A stretch of 64,000 bases of DNA from IMG/VR virus record IMGVR_UViG_2818991472_000001, positions 64,001 to 128,000 of that record, one strand, 5' to 3'. Under the pieces are notes generated by a model that ran no database searches, was not told the origin of the DNA, and was given only the letters and a program-made list of their open reading frames with translations. Numbering within the stretch: position 1 is the first letter of the stretch; each line of letters begins with the position of its first letter. The translations under genes were made by a program, and so were the position numbers. Of this stretch, positions 55,853 through 64,000 are shown one piece after another. The stretch comes from a virus (taxonomy: Duplodnaviria > Caudoviricetes).

Positions 55853-56962
55853 TCAGTCGTTGCTGTCCTTGGGGAACGTCGAGGGCGCCGGGGTCGCGAA
55901 CGCTGCCCAGGGCTCCTCACCCTTCGCCCGCTTGCTCTCGGCGTAGGCGACGGCCTCGGAGAAGCTGCGCTGCCGGAGGTCCTTCTGGGCCTCGCGGTTC
56001 AGACGCTTGTACTTGGCGATGGCCTTCGCCTCCAGGCTGTCCCGCACCTCGGTGACCCCCTGCCCGCGCTTGGCGGCCAGGGCCACGACGAGGCGGTCCG
56101 CGAACTCGACGTCCTCCGCAAGGAGCCGAGCGCGATGCTCCGCCGGGAGGAAGTAGAACGCCAGGTCCGGCTCGGCGGCAAGGATGGCGGCGATGTGCGC
56201 CTCACGGAGGGACGTCACGAGGGCGTCGACGGCCTCGCTCTGGGCGGCGGCCTCGGTGTCGATCCAGTCCCCTCGGCCCTTGCCCTGCAGCCGGTTGCCC
56301 TCGGGGTCGGTGATCGCCTTCGCCGCCTTCGTCACCTTGGCGGCCTCGGCCGCCTTGGCCTTGGCAGCGCGGGCCTCGCTCGCTGCGATCTCGTCGGGCG
56401 TGAAGATCTTGGTGGGCCGCTTCCGAATGTCGACGGGGGCCGAGGGGTAGCACACGGTGCAGGCCCGCTCCCCCGCGTCCTCGACGACCTGCTGCTCCGT
56501 TCCGCCGGAGTAGTCGGTCAGCCAGGCGAACTGCGTGCTGGGGCGGCAGGTGGAGCAGTCCATGGTCTTGTGCACGTGGCCGTCGACGTTGGTGACGATG
56601 AAGGCCCGGGTCCAGCCGCCCCGGCGGGCGAACTCGGCATCGTAGGGGGCCTGCTCGGCCTCGATGGCGGCGATGGACTTCTCCGCGTCCTGCAGCCGCT
56701 GCAGGGCGTTGCGGGCGTCGCGTCCGATGTAGGTGGTGTCGGTGTCGGCGCGGTGCTGGGCGGCCTGCTGGGCGGCGTTGAAGTCCATGCCCCACACCTG
56801 GCGGCGGCCCTGGTAGTTGGACCGGTCACCGGCGGCGCGGTGGATGCTGTCCCGGAGGCTGGGCAGCTTGCTCTCGGCCTTGAAGAGCTGCGCGGCCAGC
56901 TGGGCGAGCTGCTTGTCGATGTCGGCGGGGGTGGCGGTGGTGAGGTCCTTGGCAGAGGTCAT
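55853..56962 (-). CDS. conserved actinophage-type protein, likely leaderless
   Basis: WTRAFIV...GHVH...CSTC...WL..YSG...AGERACTVCYPSAP motif. Confidence 0.75.
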   Translation of the reverse strand: MTSAKDLTTATPADIDKQLAQLAAQLFKAESKLPSLRDSIHRAAGDRSNYQGRRQVWGMDFNAAQQAAQHRADTDTTYIGRDARNALQRLQDAEKSIAAIEAEQAPYDAEFARRGGWTRAFIVTNVDGHVHKTMDCSTCRPSTQFAWLTDYSGGTEQQVVEDAGERACTVCYPSAPVDIRKRPTKIFTPDEIAASEARAAKAKAAEAAKVTKAAKAITDPEGNRLQGKGRGDWIDTEAAAQSEAVDALVTSLREAHIAAILAAEPDLAFYFLPAEHRARLLAEDVEFADRLVVALAAKRGQGVTEVRDSLEAKAIAKYKRLNREAQKDLRQRSFSEAVAYAESKRAKGEEPWAAFATPAPSTFPKDSND

Positions 56963-56968
56963 GGAATG

Positions 56969-56998
56969 AATATAGCAACCTAGATATCTAGGTTGCAA
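56969..56998 (-). promoter_or_regulatory. promoter with 22-bp palindromic operator
   Basis: TTGCAA-N18-TATATT, 6 nt before ATG; GCAACCTAGATATCTAGGTTGC at 56975-56996. Confidence 0.8.
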
Positions 56999-57023
56999 GA
57001 TAGGCGGGATAACTTGGTCGAGT

Positions 57024-57587
57024 TCAGAGGGGCGGGTACTGGCCGTACGCTCCCCAGGAGTCCTTGCCCGGGTTCAGAGTGTCGTTGACGCCGAGCTGTT
57101 GGCCGTAGGAAGCGCGGGCCCAGGCTTCGAGACGTGCCGCGTGGCCGTCGGGGCCGGGGATGTACGGGTGGTCGGGGACCGGGGTATCCCATTCGTCGGA
57201 CGGCGCCCCGGGCGGTGCGAACTGCACCACGAGGGCCGCAAGCAGGCCGCCGCCGCCCGCGACCAGGAGGACCGTCTTGAAGATGATCGGGTCCTGGCCG
57301 CGCAACAGAGCTGCAGCGAGCAGGCAGACGGCGGTCGCAGCCACCAGCCAGCCGAGGACCCAGGGGTGGAGGCCGGGGGCAGCACGGCGGACCGACCAGG
57401 TACCGGTGGCCGGGTCAAGGTGATGGACCTGCTGGCGGTACGGGCGCCGGGCCCGGCGGTACAGACGCAGCTGGCCGGTGGGGCTCAGGCCCTTGTAGGT
57501 CCAGTACTGGCCGTCCAGGTGGAGGTACCAGTGCTCGCCGGGGCGTACCGGCAGGTGGGCTATCGCCCTTGCCTCCTCATGAGTCAT
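57024..57587 (-). CDS. membrane protein
   Basis: two TM segments. Confidence 0.6.
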   Translation of the reverse strand: MTHEEARAIAHLPVRPGEHWYLHLDGQYWTYKGLSPTGQLRLYRRARRPYRQQVHHLDPATGTWSVRRAAPGLHPWVLGWLVAATAVCLLAAALLRGQDPIIFKTVLLVAGGGGLLAALVVQFAPPGAPSDEWDTPVPDHPYIPGPDGHAARLEAWARASYGQQLGVNDTLNPGKDSWGAYGQYPPL

Positions 57588-57627
57588 GCCGCCACGGTAG
57601 TGCCGTGGCGGCATGGGAGGGGGGATG

Positions 57628-58872
57628 TCAGGCGGTGGTGACGAGGGAGTTCAGCTTGTCCTCCATCGGCTTCTTGATGGTCTGTGAGATGTAGGAGGGG
57701 GCGACGCCGAGCACGAGCGCGAGGAGAGCGCCGGTGCACTTCTGGCCGTGGTCGGCGCAGATGTCGTGGATCTTGACGGCGAGGTCGACAGTGTCCTCGA
57801 CGGAGCGGCTTCCACGGCGCTCGGGGATCTCGGTGAGGAGAGCGTCCTGGAGCACCTTGGGCAGTCGCGTGAGCGCCGTCTTGCCGTCGGCGCCGACCAG
57901 CCCGAGGGAGAGACGCTGGTCGGCCGGGGGCTTCTGCGGCGGGATGGGGACCGTCACGATCTGCTTCGGGGCCTTGACGGCGGCGGGGAGCACGTTCTGG
58001 GTCTTCGTCAGCGCGGGCTTGACCGGGGCGGGGGTGAGCTGCAGGCCCGCGAGGGCGAGCGTGGTGTTGACGGCCGGGGCTTCCGGCTCCCGGGTCACTT
58101 CCACCGACGGGGGCAAGAGAAGGTCCGTCATCGGGTCGTCGACGACGAGGAACCGCCAGGCCAGCGGGATGCTCTCGTCGGCGGCCTGGGCCTGGGCGAT
58201 CAGGAACCGGGCGGCCGTACGGGCGTCGCAGCCGCTGAACCACATGACCCGCTTGACCTTGAACATCGGCAGCGGGGCGAGCAGGACCTGGGCCCGGCGC
58301 AGGCGCGGTACCGGGGCCGGGAGGATGCCCTGCTCGATCAGCTTCTGCCGCTCCTCGGCCTGCTGGGCGCGGCGCTGCTTCTTGACCGCGTGCCACTTGG
58401 CCTGGAGCGTGCTGAAGTGGGCGCCGATCCACAGGACTGGCGGGAGGGCGTGGTACGTGGAGGCCCAGGGGTTGGGCCAGCTGTCGTGGATGTTGAGCGC
58501 GATGCTCGCGCTGGCGAGCGCGAGGACCATGAGGTTGATTCCCCAGGTCCGGCGGCCGTCCTCGGCAGCGCTGATGGCCTTCCAGGAGTAGGCGAAGACG
58601 CCGAGGTCGGCCAGGAAGGCCGCGACGTACGCTTCGGACGACCCGGCGCTGAAGCCGACCTTCAGGGCGAGGCCGTAGAGGGTGCGGTAGCTGAGGTAGA
58701 ACGCTCCGGCGGCGAGGACGTAGTCGACGCCGTAGGCCAGGGCGCGCTCGCCGATCTTGAGGTGGCGCCACCAGCGGACCTTGGCGGAAGCCAGTTCCTG
58801 GCCCGATTCCGTCGGAGCGGACGCGAACGACACCTGGTCTTCGCTAGTCTTTCTCCTGGACATCCTGAGCAT
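57628..58872 (-). CDS. DUF2637-like membrane protein (Spd/transfer-associated type) with C-terminal HTH-like tail
   Basis: F.LSY..L..LA...G...D....S...N......HALPP four-TM pattern. Confidence 0.7.
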   Translation of the reverse strand: MLRMSRRKTSEDQVSFASAPTESGQELASAKVRWWRHLKIGERALAYGVDYVLAAGAFYLSYRTLYGLALKVGFSAGSSEAYVAAFLADLGVFAYSWKAISAAEDGRRTWGINLMVLALASASIALNIHDSWPNPWASTYHALPPVLWIGAHFSTLQAKWHAVKKQRRAQQAEERQKLIEQGILPAPVPRLRRAQVLLAPLPMFKVKRVMWFSGCDARTAARFLIAQAQAADESIPLAWRFLVVDDPMTDLLLPPSVEVTREPEAPAVNTTLALAGLQLTPAPVKPALTKTQNVLPAAVKAPKQIVTVPIPPQKPPADQRLSLGLVGADGKTALTRLPKVLQDALLTEIPERRGSRSVEDTVDLAVKIHDICADHGQKCTGALLALVLGVAPSYISQTIKKPMEDKLNSLVTTA

Positions 58873-58955
58873 CGTTTCCTCGCGGGAGCGTCGTGGTGGG
58901 TGTTCGGGAAACCCTCGGCGGCTCCTGCTAGAGCACCGTCGGGGGCTTTCTCGTT

Positions 58956-59873
58956 TCACGAGATGGGCTGGCCAGGCCAGTCGGGGTCGAGAAGAAGGCC
59001 CAGGTCCGAGAAGGAGCGTGGCAGTTCCAGCAGTTCCTCGGGGACGGGCAGGCTGGACACCGCCTTGTTCGGCGCCGAGTCCGGCATCCGGTTGGTGCGC
59101 TTGAGCGACCTGTAGACGGGCGCGGTCATGAACGGAGTGCCGTCCGCCCACGCGATGTGGCGCACCGGGTGCCCCTCGTCGCTGGCGATGCCGATCAGCT
59201 GGTCCTGCAGTTCACCAAGGTCCTGGGAGGCCCTGGCGAGCAAGTGCCGCGCCTGGCCCGCAACGCGGAGGCGCTCCATGAGCGGGGTCCAGGTGACCTT
59301 CTTGTCGTAGGCGCCCTCAAGCTCGGGGTTTGTCTCTCCCGAGGGGATGATCTCCTTGAGGAAGCTGAGGTCGGGCAGGCGCTGCTGCGCCTTGTCGAGC
59401 TGTACGGCTTGCACGCCGTTCTTCAACCGGTCGCGGGCGCGGTCGGTCTCGTACCCCGCTTCCCGCCACACGTTGTAGATGGGGCGGGTCTCCCGGGTGG
59501 ACAGTCCGGAGACCGTCCCGAGGTGGATGGCGGGCTGATTCTCCGACCAGCCGAGCAGCCAGAGGCCCTTGCGGTACTCCTCGATCTCGTGGACCGCCTG
59601 CTGCAGGAGCGCGCGGATCGGCACCGTCTTCACCAGTCGGTCGGTGGCGGCGGTGCTGACGAAGGCGTGGGGCCGGTTCTCCGGAGTGGAGCCCTGGCTG
59701 AGCCCCCCTTCGTCACGTATGCGCTGAGGAGGCGTTACACCGTGCAGGCGCATGTGGGAGCCGAGCCCAGCCGGGCCCTTGCAGACCTTCCCGCACGTCT
59801 TGCAGCGGTAGGCGTCCGCGTCGGCTTCCGGTTCTCGCGTCGGCTCGGAACCCGTGGGTGTGCTGGGTACCAC
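58956..59873 (-). CDS. C2H2 zinc-finger protein
   Basis: YRCKTCGK.C....GL.SHMRLH; first gene after promoter copy 11. Confidence 0.7.
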   Translation of the reverse strand: MVPSTPTGSEPTREPEADADAYRCKTCGKVCKGPAGLGSHMRLHGVTPPQRIRDEGGLSQGSTPENRPHAFVSTAATDRLVKTVPIRALLQQAVHEIEEYRKGLWLLGWSENQPAIHLGTVSGLSTRETRPIYNVWREAGYETDRARDRLKNGVQAVQLDKAQQRLPDLSFLKEIIPSGETNPELEGAYDKKVTWTPLMERLRVAGQARHLLARASQDLGELQDQLIGIASDEGHPVRHIAWADGTPFMTAPVYRSLKRTNRMPDSAPNKAVSSLPVPEELLELPRSFSDLGLLLDPDWPGQPIS

Positions 59874-59908
59874 CGAACCCTCCTTCCACGGTCAGGCGTG
59901 ATGACGGA

Positions 59909-59951
59909 ACTCTAGTGAACTAAGTGTTGCATGGGCAATCGAGTTCACTCA
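59909..59951 (-). promoter_or_regulatory. repeated promoter/operator element, copy 11
   Basis: TGAGTGAAC...TTGCCC-N18-TAGAGT with GTTCACTAG. Confidence 0.8.
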
Positions 59952-59953
59952 AG

Positions 59954-60736
59954 TCACCTCGCAGCGCTGTCCTCGGCGAAGGCTTCGGGGTCGATCTTGA
60001 TGATCCGCATGACCGCCTCGGCCGGACGGTTGTCGAGGACGGCATGGACGACCTGCTCCTTGAACCGCCGGAGCACCCTCAGTTCGGCGGCACTCTCCTT
60101 CGCCGCCACCTTCAGGTCCTTGGCGGCCTGGGCCTTGGTGTCCGCGAGTTCCTCTTCGAGCGCGCGGATGCGCTCGGAGAAGCGCTCGAACTCGGCAACG
60201 GCCCCCTCGCGGACGGCTGCCAGCGCGCTGTCGAAGGCCAGCATCGGATCGGCGGCGGAGCGGGTCCTGCGCCGGGGGGTGTTTCCCGAGGAGGCCCGGA
60301 CGTCGTGGGCACGGGCACGGTGGACCCCGAGGTTGCGGAAGCGCTTCCCGCAGTCGGGGCACTCCTTGTCGGCACCGTCGACCGAGCCTTCGCCGGTCTC
60401 CGGCTCCACTTCTCCGACTGGGGTCGGCTCCTCCGGAACCGGGATCTCGGCTGACGCGACGCCGCCCGCGCCGTACTCGGCCAGAGCCGCCTCCAGAAGC
60501 TCGTCGCCGCCCTGGTCAGCCAGGGCCTCGTACGCCTCCTGGAGGGCATTCCGGACGGCGGAGTCCTGCACGCCACCCCAGCCCGGGTCGCTGGTGTCGT
60601 GAGGCAGGTCGAGGCGTCCGCCGTCCGGCGAGGTGATCACCGTGGCGTTGGCCCGGACGGACACCTCCCACCCGGGGAGCTGCTCGGCCATCGACGCGAA
60701 GCGGGCGGTCTCCGGGGGGAGGGTGGGCGATGCCAT
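59954..60736 (-). CDS. C2H2 zinc-finger / coiled-coil protein
   Basis: CPDCGKRF..LGVH...H; AGGAGA RBS; C-terminal coiled coil. Confidence 0.7.
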   Translation of the reverse strand: MASPTLPPETARFASMAEQLPGWEVSVRANATVITSPDGGRLDLPHDTSDPGWGGVQDSAVRNALQEAYEALADQGGDELLEAALAEYGAGGVASAEIPVPEEPTPVGEVEPETGEGSVDGADKECPDCGKRFRNLGVHRARAHDVRASSGNTPRRRTRSAADPMLAFDSALAAVREGAVAEFERFSERIRALEEELADTKAQAAKDLKVAAKESAAELRVLRRFKEQVVHAVLDNRPAEAVMRIIKIDPEAFAEDSAAR

Positions 60737-60781
60737 GGGGTCTCCTGGGTCTAGTTTCAATTCACCCTATGACCCTGATAC

Positions 60782-63700
60782 CTAGGTGTCAACGCTGTTC
60801 CTCGGAGCCGCTCCGAATGGAATCTTTGTCCACACCCTGCCTGTGGAAACAATTATGTCTGATGCCGTCCAGGAGACTTCCGGGAGTTTGGGCATGAATC
60901 GGAAGTGGTCGCCGACGTACGCGAGCGTCATATGCGGTGACCAGCCGTGTTCGCTCGGGGTTCGATAGCCGTGGCCGTTGAGGAATTTCTCCAGATCGGA
61001 GTGGAGGTGAGTTCCTCCGGGGATATCAGCCGAGCCCCAGAGAACATTCTGGCCGGGCTTGGTGAATGTCCCCACGCCTCCGATGCGGACGGTTACCGGG
61101 CGGTGTCGGCTGGCCCAGTTCCCGATCAGCTGCGGCAAGTCGGCGAGCTGCTGGCGGGTGTAGTGACCCGTCTTGCCGAGGTAGGCGAGGGTGACGTGGA
61201 GCTGGGCTGCTGGTTCTCCGCCGGGCAGGGCCAGCTGCTCGGCGATCTCCGGCGGCGGGACCAAGGCCACCATCATGCCGTCCTCGACTTCGGCGGCGGC
61301 CTGGCGGGCGATGCGGTCGGCCTCCTCGGGGGTGGCCTGCCGGAAGAACAGGGTGGCGGTCTTCGGCCTGAGCGAGGTGAGGTCGACGGTCTCGCTGGGG
61401 CCGTACTCGTCGTGGGTCATCACGCCGTCGTAGCCGTCGGCGGCGATGGCTTCGGACAGGGCGCGGCCGGACTTGCCGTCGTAGCGCGCGGACAGCTGGT
61501 GCTTCCAGTTCGACGGGTCGCGGTAGTCGCCGCCGAAGTGCATCCGCAGCGGCCGGTGGAAGGTGATCTGGCCGCCTTCGTAGCGCGGATCGTCGGCCAG
61601 GTGGGAGGGCAGCGCGCCCTGGGTGATGTATCGGCCGTGGGGTTCGAGGTCCTGGGCGAACTGGCTGCCGTGGTGCCCGGCGCCCTCGGTGTTGCGGAAG
61701 TAATCGAAGGTGACGGGGCGATCGTCGCCGGTGTCCTCGGTGTAGGGCTGGCGCGCGGCGGTGTGGTGCCCGGTGGTGAAGTCGTGATGGGTGAAGTCGG
61801 TGCGGAAGTCGCGGTTGTCGTCGGCCAGGTGCAGGGTCCAGGAGATCCCGGTGCGGTCGCTGGCCCGCTCGCGGCTGTGCCAGACGATCTGCGTGGCCGG
61901 GTGCGGCACAGCGGGGAGGTCCTCGGCGGCTTCGTGAGCGGCCCCGTGGGCGTAGTCGGGGTCGTCCTCCCATTCATGGGCGGCGGGAGCGACCTGCTTG
62001 AGCCGTTCGGCGCGTTCGGCCACCGGTTGGGCCGGATCGTGGACGAAGGCGTGGTCCTCGGGAGTGAGGTGGACGGCGGTCCCTGCGTACTGCTCGGCCC
62101 CGAGGTCGTTGGGGTCGTCACCGGGGTGGTGGATCTCGGGCTGGTGGATCTCGGGGCCGTGGTAGGCCCACTCGTTGATGTCGTTGCCGTCTGTGTGCAC
62201 GTGCTTGGCCGGGACGGTGGCCTTCAGCACCGGCCAGTCCGGGCCGGTGCCGTCCATGGCGTGGTTGCGCGCGTACTCGCCGGAGGTGGAGACCCAGTCG
62301 CCGGGGCTGATCCGGTCGACGCCGTGGGGCGCGGCCCGGTAGATCGTCACCGGCTCGTCCGGACGGCCGTGGGCGCGGTGGAGGGTGTGGAGGGACTCCT
62401 CGTGGGGCTCGCCGTAGCTGCCGTCGGCGACGTTCTCCTCGAAGCCGGGGTGGAAACCGGAAGCTCCGTTGGTGGGGTCGTGCAGGGGCGCGCTGTCCGG
62501 GCCTGGCGCTCGGTGCTGCATACGGTAGTCGTCGTCCACAGTCCCAGCTTGCCGTACTGGGAGGACAGCGGCGGCGGCGCGGGTGGGCGCGGCCTCGGCG
62601 GTCTGGTCCTTCTTCCAGTCGGTCAGGTCCTGCAGAGGGTGGCCCGGCGCGGCGTCCAGCGCCTTCCAGACGACATTGCGTTCGTCGTACAGGCCCGTTC
62701 CGTCGGGGCCGAAGGCGTCGTGGCGGTCTTGGTGCAGCTGGTCGTACAGGGCGGCGCCTGCGGCGGCCTGGTCGTCCTCGGGGAGGTGCTCGATCTGCTG
62801 GATCTGGTCGCGGAGGTCGTCGAGGCGGTCCCAGTCCTCTTCAGGGAGGTGGTGGGCGTCGAAGTCGTCGGGAACCTGCACGGGTTCGACGGCCCAGGTG
62901 TCCGTGGTGAGGTCGTAGGCGGCGTACGGCTTCAGGGTGCGGATGTCGAAGCTGTCGGGGTTGACGTAGAAGGTCGACTCCCACGGGCCGGTGGCGTGTC
63001 CGTCCGACTGCAGGCTCCGGTCGTCGTCGTCCAGGCCAGCACGCAGCTCTTCGTTGAGACGCTGGTCGATCTCCTGGTCCGTCAGGTGCGAGAGCGGTGG
63101 GGCGCTGCGGCGGGCCTCGTCGTAGTTGACGCCGATGAGGGTGTCGAGGTCGCCGTTGCCGTACCAGTGGCTGGCTTCGGAGCCGGTGAGGTAGACGCGG
63201 GCCCACCGGGGCCAGTCGGAGCCGTAGCGGGGCGTCCAGAAGTCGTCGAGGAGGTCGAGGAGTTGCTGGCGGATCTCTGGTCGCAGGTGGGTGCCGTCGA
63301 AGAGCCTGGGGTCGAGGCCGGATTTGCCTGGGCCGAAGAAGTGGCCGGTGGGCAGCCAGTCGTGGTGGTGCTGGTAGGGCTGGGTGTTGTCGGGGACGAT
63401 GGTGTTCTGGAAGGTGAGGCGGCGGATGGCCTGGTCATAGTCGTGCAGGCCGACGTAGCCGATGTGGATGCCGCCGTCGTCGGTGGGGCGGTGGACGACG
63501 CGGTGGCCTCGGCTGGCCTTGGTGCTGTTCCAACCCTTGAGGGGCTGGGAGAGGGCGTGGGTCTGCAGCCCGTCGTCGCCTCGGCGCAGGGCTTCGACGG
63601 TGTCGGCGATGCGGCGCTGGTCCTGGCGGTCGAGCTTGGCGAGGTCCTTATGGGCGCCGGGGTGGAAGGTGACCGGGCGGAGTTCGGCTACAGGCCCAGG

Positions 63701-64000
63701 TCCTGCTGCACCTTCTCCCAGGGGATCGGGGTCTCCCCCGAGTTGTCCCGTTCCAGGATCAGCCGCTCCAGCTCCGGGTGCAGACGTGTCGTGTCGTGGC
63801 TTGCCTCGGCCTGCAGTTCGTGACTGGTCATCATGGTCCCCCTTGGCAGCGGTGGTTGGTTCATCAGCATAGGTGCTGTCGCCTGGGGTAGTGCGGAAGA
63901 AGTCGGCGGCGGAGGCCATGGTCCTGCCCCGGGTGACGGTCTTGTCCCGGGTGTAGCCCTTCCACCATGCCTTCCCGGCGTCGGAGCGGTCGCCGTGCTC
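60782..64000 (-). CDS. polyvalent protein (5'-truncated): RelE-like, nucleotidyltransferase, two ART-like modules, 2H phosphoesterase
   Basis: frame is open past 63919 to the window edge (EHGDRSDAGKAWW...); VTFHPGAHKDL..LD...HRVV; LTGS...GDLD; IYRA...GDWV; GYDGV; HVTL and HMTL. Confidence 0.85.
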   Translation of the reverse strand, partial: EHGDRSDAGKAWWKGYTRDKTVTRGRTMASAADFFRTTPGDSTYADEPTTAAKGDHDDQSRTAGRGKPRHDTSAPGAGAADPGTGQLGGDPDPLGEGAAGPGPVAELRPVTFHPGAHKDLAKLDRQDQRRIADTVEALRRGDDGLQTHALSQPLKGWNSTKASRGHRVVHRPTDDGGIHIGYVGLHDYDQAIRRLTFQNTIVPDNTQPYQHHHDWLPTGHFFGPGKSGLDPRLFDGTHLRPEIRQQLLDLLDDFWTPRYGSDWPRWARVYLTGSEASHWYGNGDLDTLIGVNYDEARRSAPPLSHLTDQEIDQRLNEELRAGLDDDDRSLQSDGHATGPWESTFYVNPDSFDIRTLKPYAAYDLTTDTWAVEPVQVPDDFDAHHLPEEDWDRLDDLRDQIQQIEHLPEDDQAAAGAALYDQLHQDRHDAFGPDGTGLYDERNVVWKALDAAPGHPLQDLTDWKKDQTAEAAPTRAAAAVLPVRQAGTVDDDYRMQHRAPGPDSAPLHDPTNGASGFHPGFEENVADGSYGEPHEESLHTLHRAHGRPDEPVTIYRAAPHGVDRISPGDWVSTSGEYARNHAMDGTGPDWPVLKATVPAKHVHTDGNDINEWAYHGPEIHQPEIHHPGDDPNDLGAEQYAGTAVHLTPEDHAFVHDPAQPVAERAERLKQVAPAAHEWEDDPDYAHGAAHEAAEDLPAVPHPATQIVWHSRERASDRTGISWTLHLADDNRDFRTDFTHHDFTTGHHTAARQPYTEDTGDDRPVTFDYFRNTEGAGHHGSQFAQDLEPHGRYITQGALPSHLADDPRYEGGQITFHRPLRMHFGGDYRDPSNWKHQLSARYDGKSGRALSEAIAADGYDGVMTHDEYGPSETVDLTSLRPKTATLFFRQATPEEADRIARQAAAEVEDGMMVALVPPPEIAEQLALPGGEPAAQLHVTLAYLGKTGHYTRQQLADLPQLIGNWASRHRPVTVRIGGVGTFTKPGQNVLWGSADIPGGTHLHSDLEKFLNGHGYRTPSEHGWSPHMTLAYVGDHFRFMPKLPEVSWTASDIIVSTGRVWTKIPFGAAPRNSVDT
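63688..63834 (-). CDS. antitoxin-like 48-aa protein overprinted inside the polyvalent gene
   Basis: AAGGGGG RBS; GC3-rich codons in this frame; C-terminal IPWEKVQQDLGL* typical of antitoxins preceding RelE/ParE. Confidence 0.6.
   Translation of the reverse strand: MMTSHELQAEASHDTTRLHPELERLILERDNSGETPIPWEKVQQDLGL

Noticed and set aside
1-64000. tRNA/rRNA genes, phage structural genes, replication initiator, TraB
   Set aside because: None recognised in this window, so plasmid versus phage identity cannot be settled here.

Overview
A very GC-rich (roughly 70%+, estimated by eye) actinomycete-type (Streptomyces/Kitasatospora-like) segment that looks like part of a giant mobile element (large plasmid, phage-plasmid or prophage), not core chromosome. 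I found no rRNA, tRNA, CRISPR or housekeeping operons. About 1-31 kb is a near-unbroken minus-strand array of phage/plasmid-type hypothetical genes, including an ArdA-like anti-restriction protein. Eleven copies of a ~40-bp promoter/operator element (CTAGTGMAC...TTGCGY-N18-TAGVTT) head these and other transcription units, which suggests a CUP/establishment-type regulon. Recognisable modules: an HATPase / XRE-DUF5753 / duplicated DUF397 locus (31-33.4 kb); ParB-like, helicase-associated-repeat and tyrosine-less recombinase-like genes (35-40 kb); a Cre-like tyrosine recombinase preceded by a lox/dif-like site (45.5-46.7 kb); a radical SAM-SPASM / dTMP kinase / ExoIII-like / MazG operon (49.6-52.5 kb); a DUF2637 membrane protein; and the 3' part of a large polyvalent protein (RelE-like, nucleotidyltransferase, ART-like, 2H-phosphoesterase) with an antitoxin-like ORF overprinted in another frame just ahead of its RelE-like domain. 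All family calls come from recognising motifs by eye; no database searches were run. Many starts were re-chosen from RBS or stop/start overlap evidence.
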